Shown piece by piece: positions 10,260 to 20,802 of a stretch of 34,788 nt of DNA. The position numbers and the translations under genes are program-made. The notes below the pieces were generated by a model that saw only the letters and a program-made list of their open reading frames with translations, was not told where the DNA came from and ran no database searches. Origin of the DNA: a virus (taxonomy: Duplodnaviria > Caudoviricetes); the IMG/VR virus record IMGVR_UViG_3300030098_002487, positions 1 through 34,788 of that record; one strand, 5' to 3'. Each line of letters opens with the position of its first letter. The stretch's first letter is position 1.

Positions 10260-11111
10260 ATGGCAAAGAAAAAAGAAACAACTAAGGTTGAAAAACCTAC
10301 AGTTGAAGAAACAGTAGCTGTTGAAAAACAGTCGGTTGTAGAAGAGCAACCTAAAGTTAAAGTTTCAAAAATAGAAACTAAACCAAAAAATACTTGGGAA
10401 ATAAAAGATAGAGTATACTATTTAAAAAGTAAAAGAAAACCAATATCACATTCTATAAGAACTTCAAATTTATTTTGGTTTGATGAAGAGAAAGGTTATG
10501 AGAGAGAGATAAAGTATTGTCAAAATCAAAGAACGTGCTTTGTTGATGAGATGAAAGGAGATCAAAGGTTGGAGCATGTTGTTTTTAGAGGTGGCGCTCT
10601 TTTTGTAGAGAAAGAGAAAACAGTTTTACAAAAATTTCTATCTTTATATCACCCTCATAGAGATAAGATATTTTACGAACATAAACCAGTAGAAATAGCA
10701 TCAACGCAAATAGATATTTTAGAAATGGAAGCGGATGCGATATTAGTAGCTAGACAAATGGACATTGATATGGCTGAAGCAATAATGAGAGTAGAAAAAG
10801 GATCTACGGTTTCTAAAATGAGTTCTAAGGAATTAAAAAGAGATTTATTGTTATTTGCTAGAAACAATCCTAAATTATTACTAGAGTTAGCTAATGATGA
10901 TAACGTTCAACTTAGAAACTTTGGCATAAAAGCCGTTGAAAATAGTATTATTAAATTATCTCATGATCAAAGGTATTTTATGTGGGGATCAACTGGAAGA
11001 AAAATAATGACAATCCCATTTGATGAACATCCATATACAGCTTTAGCTCATTGGTTTAAGACTGATGAAGGCATGGAAATTTATTCTAATATAGAAAAAA
11101 GAATGAATTAA
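10260..11111 (+). CDS. Hypothetical protein, probably capsid-associated or assembly factor
   Basis: 283 aa with a K/E/V/T low-complexity N-terminus and a globular remainder; bracketed by two terminator hairpins. Confidence 0.6.
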   Translation: MAKKKETTKVEKPTVEETVAVEKQSVVEEQPKVKVSKIETKPKNTWEIKDRVYYLKSKRKPISHSIRTSNLFWFDEEKGYEREIKYCQNQRTCFVDEMKGDQRLEHVVFRGGALFVEKEKTVLQKFLSLYHPHRDKIFYEHKPVEIASTQIDILEMEADAILVARQMDIDMAEAIMRVEKGSTVSKMSSKELKRDLLLFARNNPKLLLELANDDNVQLRNFGIKAVENSIIKLSHDQRYFMWGSTGRKIMTIPFDEHPYTALAHWFKTDEGMEIYSNIEKRMN

Positions 11112-11130
11112 TAATTTTTTAACTAATATT

Positions 11131-11163
11131 AATAGCCACCTTAACGGGTGGCTATTTTTATTT
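11131..11163 (+). terminator. Rho-independent terminator
   Basis: Perfect 10-bp stem AATAGCCACC (11131-11140) / GGTGGCTATT (11147-11156), loop TTAACG, T-rich tail. Confidence 0.85.
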
Positions 11164-11186
11164 AGAGGCTAACCTTCCACTTTATT

Positions 11187-11206
11187 ATGTAACTATATAA
11201 TAGTAA
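11187..11206 (+). promoter_or_regulatory. Candidate phage promoter/operator, copy 1 (ATGTAACTATATAATAGTAA)
   Basis: Exact 20-bp match to 21197-21216. Intergenic, just after a terminator and 11 nt before the ATG at 11218. Confidence 0.65.
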
Positions 11207-11217
11207 AATATATAAAA

Positions 11218-11997
11218 ATGGCAGTAGATATAAATAGTGTATACCAAAAAGTTTTAGCGCTTGTAAATAAAGAGCAAAGGGGTTATATAACACCTCAAGA
11301 ATTTAATTTATTTGCAGATAAAGCTCAAATGGAAATATATAATAATTATTTTCATGGAATCAAAATGGCTGAAGTAAAACCTAAAAATCAAATGCTTTAT
11401 GCTGATGAAGTAGAAATGCTAGAAGAAAAATTACAACCATTCCACGTTGACTCAACAATAAATGTTACTACTTTTACTAATACAACGGCAACTCCATCTC
11501 CGTCAGCTGCTTTAAATTTATCCACATTAAATATACATAAATTAGTTCGTGTGACTAGAGGTAACAATACTGTGGTAACTCCAATAAACAAAAGTGAAAT
11601 ACATTATACAGAAGGAAACCCGTTGACTAAAGCAACTTTAACTAGATCTGTTTTTGTTAGACAAGATATGAATGGTGGAACATTTTTAAATGTAATGCCG
11701 GCTGTAACGGCTGACACGGTTAATGTTGATACAAATTCAGATGGAGTAAACGATGCGGAGTCTTTTGTTGTGAGCTTTTATAAGAGACCAGCGGCTCCTA
11801 GTTGGGGATACGTAGTAGTTAATGATAAAGCTTTATATAATATAAATACTAGTATTAATTTTGAACTACACGTTAGTGAAGAGGAAGAATTAGTTTCAAG
11901 AATATTAATGTTAGCTGGATTAACAATTAAACAACCAGATGTTCAGCAAGCTGGTGGTGGTTCTATTGCAGCAACAAAACAATTACAAAATAGTTAA
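11218..11997 (+). CDS. Putative head-tail adaptor / tail tubular (ring) protein
   Basis: N-terminal helices (NKEQRGYITPQEFNLFADKAQMEI), beta-rich middle, FYKRP motif and C-terminal helix; first gene of the tail block. Confidence 0.55.
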   Translation: MAVDINSVYQKVLALVNKEQRGYITPQEFNLFADKAQMEIYNNYFHGIKMAEVKPKNQMLYADEVEMLEEKLQPFHVDSTINVTTFTNTTATPSPSAALNLSTLNIHKLVRVTRGNNTVVTPINKSEIHYTEGNPLTKATLTRSVFVRQDMNGGTFLNVMPAVTADTVNVDTNSDGVNDAESFVVSFYKRPAAPSWGYVVVNDKALYNINTSINFELHVSEEEELVSRILMLAGLTIKQPDVQQAGGGSIAATKQLQNS

Positions 11998-11999
11998 TT

Positions 12000-12905
12000 A
12001 TGGGATTATTAGACGGAACAACACAAGCAAGTTATTACAATTCAGATAATTCTACTAATTATGGTAATTATCAATTTGTAACATTAGATCATATTATAAA
12101 TGGGTTTATGGTTGCTTATGTTGGAGAAAATAAAATAATAAGTAAAGTAAACAGAACTGATGTTCAGTTTCACGCTATGAGGGCTATTCAAGAATTATCA
12201 TACGATGTTTTTAGATCTTTTAAATCTCAAGAAATAGAAGTGCCAAATACACTTTCTATGATATTACCACAAGATTATGTTAACTACACAAAGTTAGTTA
12301 GAATAGGTAGCGATGGTATAGAGCGACCTATATATCCTACTGGGAAAACATCAGATCCATTTGCTATAACTCAAAATACTGATGGCACTTATGAATTTGC
12401 AGACACGGACATGGATGCTGTTGCTGATAGTATAGTAGAACAATCACCTAGTAACACTTCTAGTAAATTTAAAGAAGCTACACCTGCTGATTATAGAATA
12501 TATGATATTAATTATTCTTCTGATGTAGAAATATCTATAGAAGGCAGAAGGTACGGTTTAGAACCTAGTCACTCTCAAATGAATGGAACGTTTTTTATAG
12601 ATCAATTAAGAGGATTAATAAAGTTTAGCTCAGCATTAGCTGGTCAAACTATTATTTTACACTACGTTAGTGATGGTTTAGGTACAGACTCTGAAATGGT
12701 TGTTCATAAGTTTTGTGAAGAAGCTTGTTATAAACATATAGCTTATGGTGTATTATCTACAAGAAGTAATATACCTGAGTATATTGTGCAAAGATATAAA
12801 AGAGAAAGATTTGCTGAAACTAGAAAAGCAAAAATAAGATTATCAAATATTAAAATAGAAGAATTTACTCAAGTATTAAAAGGTATGAGTAAGCAAATTA
12901 AATAA
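12000..12905 (+). CDS. Putative tail tubular (ring) protein
   Basis: Helix, then ILPQDYVNYTKL, then beta core, then helix, a layout typical of podoviral tail ring proteins; directly upstream of the stabilization protein. Confidence 0.55.
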   Translation: MGLLDGTTQASYYNSDNSTNYGNYQFVTLDHIINGFMVAYVGENKIISKVNRTDVQFHAMRAIQELSYDVFRSFKSQEIEVPNTLSMILPQDYVNYTKLVRIGSDGIERPIYPTGKTSDPFAITQNTDGTYEFADTDMDAVADSIVEQSPSNTSSKFKEATPADYRIYDINYSSDVEISIEGRRYGLEPSHSQMNGTFFIDQLRGLIKFSSALAGQTIILHYVSDGLGTDSEMVVHKFCEEACYKHIAYGVLSTRSNIPEYIVQRYKRERFAETRKAKIRLSNIKIEEFTQVLKGMSKQIK

Positions 12906-12907
12906 TT

Positions 12908-15900
12908 ATGCCGGAAATTAAACACACATTTACAGGCGGTAAAATGAACAAGGATCTTGATGAAAGACTTGTTCCTAATGGCGAGTATAGAGATGCTATG
13001 AATATACAAGTCAGAACAACAGATGGTGATTCTGAAGGCATAGGTAATGCAGGCGTTGTTCAAAATATTGAAGGCAATAAATTTATTGCTATTGGAACTT
13101 TTAATTGGCTTCAATCTGTTGGAACAACGAAAGCTATAGGATGTGTTTCTGACGAAAAAACAAATTCATCTTATTTTTTCCATGCAGCTCCTGTTCCTGA
13201 ATATAATAATAATGATAATCTTTCATCTATAATATCTTTTCCAGTATCTGATGTTTTAGGTGAAACAGTATTTACTGATGGTATTTTAGAAGTAAAAGCA
13301 AATGGGGACTATGAAAATGTATTTGTTGATAAATTTGCTATAATAGATACACTGTCAGGTGTCATGGGTACTACTCCAACTTGGCCATCTGCTGAAACAA
13401 ATAACAATGATAGTCAAGGTGTTGATTTTGCTTTCAATAGATTAAGAGTATTAGAGAATAAATACAGAGTTGGAATGAGGGTTCATTTGCAAGATACCAA
13501 TGGTGATCATCTTTTTTTTGATAATGGTGAAATTGGCGTTGAAATAATAGATATTAAAAAGCATCCATTATCTGGTCTTTGGAATTTAATATTAAAAACA
13601 CCTCAATCTGTAGACTTATCTGCTTTAGCTACCGCTGCGGGTGATAACTTACCAAACCACGTGTTTAAGTTTACCCGTGAAAGAGTATTAGAATTTAATC
13701 CTAGAAAAAAATTAACAGGAATAAATGTTATTGATGATTTATTAATTTGGACTGACGGAGAAAATGAGCCTAAAAAAATAAATATAACAAGATCTAAACG
13801 AGGCACAACGACGCCAACTAACTACCAAAATCCAGCGCATACTAAACTTTTTGTTAAGAGCCCTTCTTTAGATAATGCTCAATTAGTGACGATAGCAAGT
13901 TTAGAAAACGTACCCATATCTGATATAAAAAAAGAACACATAACTGTAATTAGAAAAGCTCCAGTAAAAGCACCCACTATTTTCATGAAAAATACAGACA
14001 AGGGCGTTAGCACTAATCTTCTTTTAGATAATTATGCTTTTATGGCCACTGGGGCCACAAGTCTTCCAGAAGAGGGTGATATGATAACAGTTCCTTGGCC
14101 GGAAAATGTTGAAGGATACGCAATGGGTGACGCTTTTACATTTGTAGCAAATGATGGTACTGAGCCAACTACTATAAAGGCTACAATAGTTGATAATGGG
14201 TCGGGGGATTATTATTTTTCAGATAACAACGGTGTTCAATACTTTTATTTTAAGTTAACGTATGTTGATCCTAATTTAACTGAAAATGATACTTTTTGGC
14301 AAATTACATTAGAACAAAAAATACCTTTATTTGAAACAAAGTTTGGTAGATTTGGATATAGATATCAATATGAAGATAACGAGTATTCTACTTTTTCGCC
14401 TTGGTCTGAATTGGTATTTTTACCTTCAACTTTTTCTTATACACCTAGCAAAGGGTATAATGATGGAATGACTAATAATATTAGACAATTAATAGTAAAA
14501 AACTTTATACCAGATGATTCAGTTAGACCAACTGATGTTAAGTGTGTAGATTTATTATGGAAAACTTCAGACAATTCTAATGTTTATGTTATCAAGAGTA
14601 TAAGAAGAGGCGTTGATCCTGAATGGATAGATTATACAAATCCAGATAATGAAAATGAAGGATACATAAAAATAACATCTGAAATGATACATAAGGTGTT
14701 ACCTAATAATCAATTAATTAGAGGATGGGATAATGTTCCTAAAAAAGCCATAGCACAAGAAATTACTGGTAATAGGCTTATATATGGTAATTACGAACAA
14801 GGATATAATATAGAAGATGCCGTTGGGTTAAAGCAAAGCATGAGTTCGACAACTATACCAATAAATCAACCAACAAAATCAGTAAAATCCATTAGAGAAT
14901 ATAAGTTTGGCATGGTTTTTGGAGATAAGTATAATAGAGAAACGCCAGTCATAGCAAATGGATACTCATCACCAGATGAATCTTTTGGTTCGTATTATAG
15001 TGCCCAAGAAACCCAAACTACAACTGGTGATATAGTTGTTAAAAAAGATTTATCATCTTTTAGTAATCAATTTATGTTAATGCAAAATTGGGACGATATT
15101 GGTGCTACTCCACCAGAATGGATGGAATATGTTAAGTATTATGTAAAAGAAACATCAAATGAATACTATAATTTAGTAATGGATAGATGGTATGAAGCAG
15201 AGGATGGTAATATATGGTTATCTTTTCCTTCTGCAGATAGAAATAAAGTTGATGAAGAAACATACCTTATATTAAAAAACGAACATGGAACCCAATCTCC
15301 AATTGTAGATAAAACTAAATATAAAATAATAGCTATAGAAAACGAAGCTCCAGATTTTATAAAAATGGATAATAGGTCAATGGGTGAGGTACACTTAGGA
15401 AGAGGATATGTATATAGTAACCCTGACCAAAACGCGGTTACTACTGTAACACCGGATCTATTATATAACACAAAAAGTATAACTATAGGAGCCGGTGAAT
15501 GGGCAGATGCTGGGGGTATTCAAAGGAGTGATTTTGAAGGAACGCCAAAGGTTAGGGTAAAAGCTTATTATTATAATGATAATACAGTAGATGGCGATGG
15601 CGTACCCACTGGACCGGTAATAGCTACAGGTAAAGGACCATGGGTTACAGTTTCTAGACTTAATGCAGGTTATTATGAACAAGAAGGTATTGGTCAACTG
15701 GATGGTAAGCTTTGGTTAAAAAGAGCATTTACACCTAATGAAGTTGACATGTATCTTGAAATTGCACAAAATCAAGGATTTACTGATATAGTGCAAGCGA
15801 ACGTTGATAATAACGAACCACTTAATGATGATTATCTTCATTATTTTCTTGAATTTAAAGATGAAGTTTTAGAAAATAAACCAGAGTTTGATGGTAGGTT

Positions 15901-18900
15901 TTTTGTAAAAATAGAAAAAGACGATGTTGTAAGAAGAAGAGTTTGTCATGAACACCAAGGAGAGTATTTAGCAGATTTTTCATTTGATATTGCATACATA
16001 GAGCCAAAAACTGTAAACCCAGCAAACGTTTTAGGAGAGGGAGCTACTTATGAAAATTGGACTTGGGCTGATGAAAGTGCTGTTGTTTCTGGTCAAGACG
16101 TTTTTGAAGATTTTAATGAAGCAAATATTGCTAATGAATTTGCAGATGATAGTACATTAAATATTTATAACACTCAAAGCTTTTGGAATTGGTGGTATCT
16201 TAACAAATCAACAAATATATTTTTAGATAAAAGTCCAGTAAACCCTAATTACTCTTGGCCTGGATATCCATCGGGCGCAGTACAGCAACAAGCGGCTTTT
16301 GCTGAAATAACAGGGCAATCATTAAACAATATAAGTTTGTTAACAAATGATGGCGCTGGAATTGGTGGCCCTCTTGGTCTGCATAAAATAATGCCAAACA
16401 GTGGCGGTCTTGCACCTAATCCAGGACCAGAATATGGTATTATGTTTTTCTCAACAGTAGGTGAAAATTTTCAAGATGAATTAGCTTCTATATTTAAATC
16501 TAGAATGCAAACTGAGGGAACTTTATTTCGATTTAAACAAGATCCTAATTCTAGTATATATCAAGTAACAAAATATACAATTGATGGTGAAACACCTAAT
16601 TTTGAATTTAATTTTCCAAATAACGCTAATTTATCAGGTCAAGCAACGAATTACTCTGGCGATATTGATCCTTTATATGGAAATCCAAATGTGCGAAATA
16701 CTATAATGGTTACATTTGTACGTTTAAATAATCAAGGTGAACCAGCACCTGGTAGAGGTATTAATATAAATGATTGGGATCCTAGGGGAGTTGTAAGACA
16801 TGACGGTATAACAACAGGGGGTGGATCAGGTGAGCTTACAATAGAATTTGTAACCCTTCAATCAGATGACGAGCTTTCAGATGATTCTATATTAAGTAAC
16901 AATGCTTGTTGGGAAACTGAACCTAAAGAAGACGTAGGTTTAGATATATACTATGAAGCTAGTAATGGTATACCAATGGTATTAAAATCTAATAATTTAC
17001 AAAATTTTGTTAAAGCTTCTAAAATAAAAGACAACGCAAGTAAAATTGCTACGGAGGCTAGAACACAACTTCAGGGAGGCGACGCTCAAACTCTTCCAGA
17101 GATAGAAACGTTTAATTACACAGGAGAGCCTTATGTTTATAGTTTTCATTTAGATAATGTTATTAGAATTAAAAGAAATGATAGTAACGACAATGAAGTA
17201 GATTTTATACCAGAAACTACACCAATTTCAGCAGGCACAAATGACACAAATAAAGGTGGTTTAGCCGTAAACGATGTTATAAGATTTGAGCATACGGACG
17301 GTACTATTACAAGATCTAGAATAATAGATCACGTTGGTTATAGTTTAGTCGATGATCTTACTGAAACATACACGCCTTCCGTTAGGTTTGTTATTGAGGG
17401 TGGTGTTATAAATACAGGAACTATAGGTTTTGACGCTGGTTATGGCATTCCTGAAACACAACAAGTAAGTAGCATTTTGTTTCCGTCAAACGCTCTTTAT
17501 ACAAATGACTTAATAGATCTAGCAGAAAACGGCACAACACTAAGTAATAATCAAACTTGTGGTATAGAGGTTACGGGTGTTGGAATAAAACGAGGAACTT
17601 TTGTATCAGGAGTTGCTTTTATTCCTCAATTAATGGCCACTGTAGTGTTATTGAATAAAGTACAAAGTCAAGATTTAGGAGGAACGTTTACATTTACAAA
17701 AGTTACTGGGTATTATGCGCTTGATACTAATGTTTATAAATACCCAACAACGTTAGGTTGGTTTAATTGTTATTCTTTTGGTAATGGTGTAGAGTCTGAT
17801 AGAATAAGAGATGATTTTAATGCACCTCAAATAGATAATGGAATTAAAGTTTCTTCTACATATCTGGAGTATGGAGAAGAAACTAAAGGTAGTGGACTAA
17901 TATATTCTGGTTTATATAATTCAACGTCTGGAACTAATGAATTAAATCAATTTAATATCGGTGAAAAAATTACAAAAGATTTAAATCCGTCTTATGGTTC
18001 AATTCAAGCGTTAAAAACTAGAGATACAAATTTAGTTACGTTTACTGAAGACAAAGTATTAAAAGTTTTATCTAACAAAGATGCCGTATTTAATGCTGAT
18101 GGAAATCCTCAACTAACAGCAACTAATAGAGTTTTAGGACAGGCTGTTCCATTTGTTGGAGATTATGGCATATCAAAAAACCCAGAATCATTAGCGGTAG
18201 ATCAGTATAGAATGTATTTTGCTGATAAACAAAGAGGTGCTATTTTAAGATTATCTAACGATGGTTTAACTCCAATATCAAATATCGGTATGAAATCTTG
18301 GTTTAGAGAGAACTTGAAAAAAGCTGATAATATAATAGGCACCTATGATGTTGTTAACGGTGAATACAACGTGACACTTGATGTTAATGAGAGCTTATGG
18401 TCAAATGGTGATTCTACAACGGTTTCTTTTAACGAAGGTAGTAAAGGTTGGGTGAGTTTTAAATCTTTTTTGCCAAATACAGGGCTATCAATAAGTGGAA
18501 AGTATTTTACAGCATATCATTCTGTAATTTATGAACATTACGTAGACAACGTTAATAGAAATAATTTTTATGGTTTTTTTGAAGAATCTGCTATAGAAGT
18601 TGTATTTAATGATTTACCAAGTGTAGTTAAGTCTTTTAAAACAGTTAACTATGAAGGTACTCAATCAAAAGTAACTCAGCATACTAACGTAGATAACAGC
18701 ACGGGTGAAACAACTATTGAAGATGCAGCTGGTAATACTATTAATGATTTAACTGATGGAAATTATTACAATTTGCAAGAAAAAGATGGATGGTATATAG
18801 ACGCTTTTCAAACAGATTTACAAAGTGGAGAAGTTTTTGAGTTTATAAAAAAAGAAAACAAATGGTTTAATAAAATAACTGGTAATAGTGTTGCTAACGA

Positions 18901-19261
18901 AAGTGAATTTTCTGTTCAAGGATTAGGTTTTCCACTAGATGTTTCTGTAATACAACCATTAGAGGCTCCAATTAATATACAAGAAGAAGGATTAGCAGGG
19001 TCGTATTTTGTAACTAGCAATACGGATAATCCAGGTGAGTGGGCTATTTTTACAACAATAACAGGTGGAGTTGAGCCCTACTCGTATAGTTGGAGTGCTT
19101 CGGAGGGCGGCGTTATAGGGACTGTAACTGCCTCGCAAACTGAAGCTTCACAAAGCGGAGCAGCAACTTCTGCTATTGAAGCATTAAGTACGGGTAACTA
19201 TATACTAACGGTAACTGACGGCATTGGAAACACGCTTAGTTTAGATATAGATATTAATTAA
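12908..19261 (+). CDS. Tail stabilization / muzzle-type protein (P22 gp10-like frame with large insertions)
   Basis: N-terminus FTGGKMNKDLDERLVPNGEYRDAMNI, IWTDGENEPKKINI, GNRLIYGNY, and C-terminal propeller-like repeats (GDYGISKNPESLA..MYFADKQRGAILRLSNDGLTPIS..GWVSFKSF). These resemble crAss-like/flavophage stabilization proteins. Confidence 0.7.
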   Translation: MPEIKHTFTGGKMNKDLDERLVPNGEYRDAMNIQVRTTDGDSEGIGNAGVVQNIEGNKFIAIGTFNWLQSVGTTKAIGCVSDEKTNSSYFFHAAPVPEYNNNDNLSSIISFPVSDVLGETVFTDGILEVKANGDYENVFVDKFAIIDTLSGVMGTTPTWPSAETNNNDSQGVDFAFNRLRVLENKYRVGMRVHLQDTNGDHLFFDNGEIGVEIIDIKKHPLSGLWNLILKTPQSVDLSALATAAGDNLPNHVFKFTRERVLEFNPRKKLTGINVIDDLLIWTDGENEPKKINITRSKRGTTTPTNYQNPAHTKLFVKSPSLDNAQLVTIASLENVPISDIKKEHITVIRKAPVKAPTIFMKNTDKGVSTNLLLDNYAFMATGATSLPEEGDMITVPWPENVEGYAMGDAFTFVANDGTEPTTIKATIVDNGSGDYYFSDNNGVQYFYFKLTYVDPNLTENDTFWQITLEQKIPLFETKFGRFGYRYQYEDNEYSTFSPWSELVFLPSTFSYTPSKGYNDGMTNNIRQLIVKNFIPDDSVRPTDVKCVDLLWKTSDNSNVYVIKSIRRGVDPEWIDYTNPDNENEGYIKITSEMIHKVLPNNQLIRGWDNVPKKAIAQEITGNRLIYGNYEQGYNIEDAVGLKQSMSSTTIPINQPTKSVKSIREYKFGMVFGDKYNRETPVIANGYSSPDESFGSYYSAQETQTTTGDIVVKKDLSSFSNQFMLMQNWDDIGATPPEWMEYVKYYVKETSNEYYNLVMDRWYEAEDGNIWLSFPSADRNKVDEETYLILKNEHGTQSPIVDKTKYKIIAIENEAPDFIKMDNRSMGEVHLGRGYVYSNPDQNAVTTVTPDLLYNTKSITIGAGEWADAGGIQRSDFEGTPKVRVKAYYYNDNTVDGDGVPTGPVIATGKGPWVTVSRLNAGYYEQEGIGQLDGKLWLKRAFTPNEVDMYLEIAQNQGFTDIVQANVDNNEPLNDDYLHYFLEFKDEVLENKPEFDGRFFVKIEKDDVVRRRVCHEHQGEYLADFSFDIAYIEPKTVNPANVLGEGATYENWTWADESAVVSGQDVFEDFNEANIANEFADDSTLNIYNTQSFWNWWYLNKSTNIFLDKSPVNPNYSWPGYPSGAVQQQAAFAEITGQSLNNISLLTNDGAGIGGPLGLHKIMPNSGGLAPNPGPEYGIMFFSTVGENFQDELASIFKSRMQTEGTLFRFKQDPNSSIYQVTKYTIDGETPNFEFNFPNNANLSGQATNYSGDIDPLYGNPNVRNTIMVTFVRLNNQGEPAPGRGININDWDPRGVVRHDGITTGGGSGELTIEFVTLQSDDELSDDSILSNNACWETEPKEDVGLDIYYEASNGIPMVLKSNNLQNFVKASKIKDNASKIATEARTQLQGGDAQTLPEIETFNYTGEPYVYSFHLDNVIRIKRNDSNDNEVDFIPETTPISAGTNDTNKGGLAVNDVIRFEHTDGTITRSRIIDHVGYSLVDDLTETYTPSVRFVIEGGVINTGTIGFDAGYGIPETQQVSSILFPSNALYTNDLIDLAENGTTLSNNQTCGIEVTGVGIKRGTFVSGVAFIPQLMATVVLLNKVQSQDLGGTFTFTKVTGYYALDTNVYKYPTTLGWFNCYSFGNGVESDRIRDDFNAPQIDNGIKVSSTYLEYGEETKGSGLIYSGLYNSTSGTNELNQFNIGEKITKDLNPSYGSIQALKTRDTNLVTFTEDKVLKVLSNKDAVFNADGNPQLTATNRVLGQAVPFVGDYGISKNPESLAVDQYRMYFADKQRGAILRLSNDGLTPISNIGMKSWFRENLKKADNIIGTYDVVNGEYNVTLDVNESLWSNGDSTTVSFNEGSKGWVSFKSFLPNTGLSISGKYFTAYHSVIYEHYVDNVNRNNFYGFFEESAIEVVFNDLPSVVKSFKTVNYEGTQSKVTQHTNVDNSTGETTIEDAAGNTINDLTDGNYYNLQEKDGWYIDAFQTDLQSGEVFEFIKKENKWFNKITGNSVANESEFSVQGLGFPLDVSVIQPLEAPINIQEEGLAGSYFVTSNTDNPGEWAIFTTITGGVEPYSYSWSASEGGVIGTVTASQTEASQSGAATSAIEALSTGNYILTVTDGIGNTLSLDIDIN

Positions 19262-19271
19262 ATTATTTAGC

Positions 19272-20798
19272 ATGGCGAATTATACAATATCAAAATTTAC
19301 AACAACTGAAACTATTGGAGACTCGGTGTTTCATAATAACATGATTAGCTCTGGAACGTTAACAATAACGCCTAACGCTAATTATGTTTTATCTGCGTCT
19401 AATTTTTCTACTAATGCATTACCATCTAATGTTTCTTCTGTTGTCTTTACAGATACAACTACAGCGGGAAAAATTGGTAACAAAGTTACAGTAACGGTTA
19501 ATTTAAGTAGCGATGTTTCTGTAACAGCTAGTATTGATATAAAATTAAATATAATTGGTGATGCTACTATTTATAATCCAGAAAACGAAACTGTTAGTGC
19601 TGTTATTAGTATAGATGACCACGTAACTATAAATACTATAGAAAAAACTGATAAAAACGGATCATCTGCTTATACAGCTGAAGATGGTTTTACAATAAAC
19701 ACCACGACGGCTAATAGCATAGAAACGTCGGTTATAACCGCAACGCTAACTAAAAACACAAGAACCAAAGTTGGATCGCTAGTTATCACTGCTGATTCTG
19801 GTTATTATTTTAGAAAATTACCGTATTTAAAAATATCTAGTTTACAAAAAAATATTATTAAAATTGAATCAACTTCTGTTACTAGAGATAGTAATAATTT
19901 TATAACAGCTTATACTTTTGATATTATATGTAGTAGTGATATTGATATTTTAGCTAATTCTAATATTAATGCATCTCTTTTTTACGAAGCAATAAAAGCC
20001 CCAACAATTACTAAAGAAATAAAAGGTGTTTATTTTGGCAGAAATACAATAACTTCAATAGGAGAAACAAAAGCTATTAATGTAATAAGTGACGTTGATG
20101 CTGAGTTTGATATAGTGGTTGTTAAAAATAGTGATAAATCGTCTATATTAAGTTCTGAAAACGCTAACTCTACAGCTTTTACAGCTGATTATGGAACTAT
20201 TAGTTGTATAAATCATAAAACTAAAGTAAATAGAGGTAACACTGGTAATTCAAATTTAACTTTTATCCAAGAATTTCCTGCTGCAACTGACACATATTAT
20301 ATTGATGTTTATCCTAAAAGTGGAACAACTCTATCTTCTAGCTTCCCTATTATTAGACCCCATTATACAATAACGCAACATGCTAGGCCAACATTGACAA
20401 TAACTAGAACAAATGCTGGTAACGCTAAGATAGTAATAACAGAAGCCACAGCTATAACATATAAAGGTGAGTTAAACACGTCTACTAATAGGTTAGATGA
20501 TAACAATAATTTTAAGAAAAGGTTTAAACTTAACTGGACATTTACTTGTAGTGGTGGTACTTTTACGGGCATAACAAAACAACCAACGTTCTCTAGTACA
20601 GACGCTTCAGCCTCTGATTTTAGTAATTCAACTTATGCAGATAACGGAGGAACACATATAGAAATTTTTAATTTAGTAGCATCTGTTGCGCACGGCGGGG
20701 CTTCTGCAACTATAACTGGAGACGTATTAATTAAAAAGTGGGGAACGGGCACCCCTTCTATGTCTATAGAGACTTCAAGTATTTTCGCAACAACATAA
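19272..20798 (+). CDS. Putative tail accessory / fibre-type structural protein (beta-sandwich repeats)
   Basis: T/S/I-rich, with two similar units (LTITPNANYVL / LVITADSGYYF); lies in the tail block. Confidence 0.5.
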   Translation: MANYTISKFTTTETIGDSVFHNNMISSGTLTITPNANYVLSASNFSTNALPSNVSSVVFTDTTTAGKIGNKVTVTVNLSSDVSVTASIDIKLNIIGDATIYNPENETVSAVISIDDHVTINTIEKTDKNGSSAYTAEDGFTINTTTANSIETSVITATLTKNTRTKVGSLVITADSGYYFRKLPYLKISSLQKNIIKIESTSVTRDSNNFITAYTFDIICSSDIDILANSNINASLFYEAIKAPTITKEIKGVYFGRNTITSIGETKAINVISDVDAEFDIVVVKNSDKSSILSSENANSTAFTADYGTISCINHKTKVNRGNTGNSNLTFIQEFPAATDTYYIDVYPKSGTTLSSSFPIIRPHYTITQHARPTLTITRTNAGNAKIVITEATAITYKGELNTSTNRLDDNNNFKKRFKLNWTFTCSGGTFTGITKQPTFSSTDASASDFSNSTYADNGGTHIEIFNLVASVAHGGASATITGDVLIKKWGTGTPSMSIETSSIFATT

Positions 20799-20802
20799 TA
20801 TT

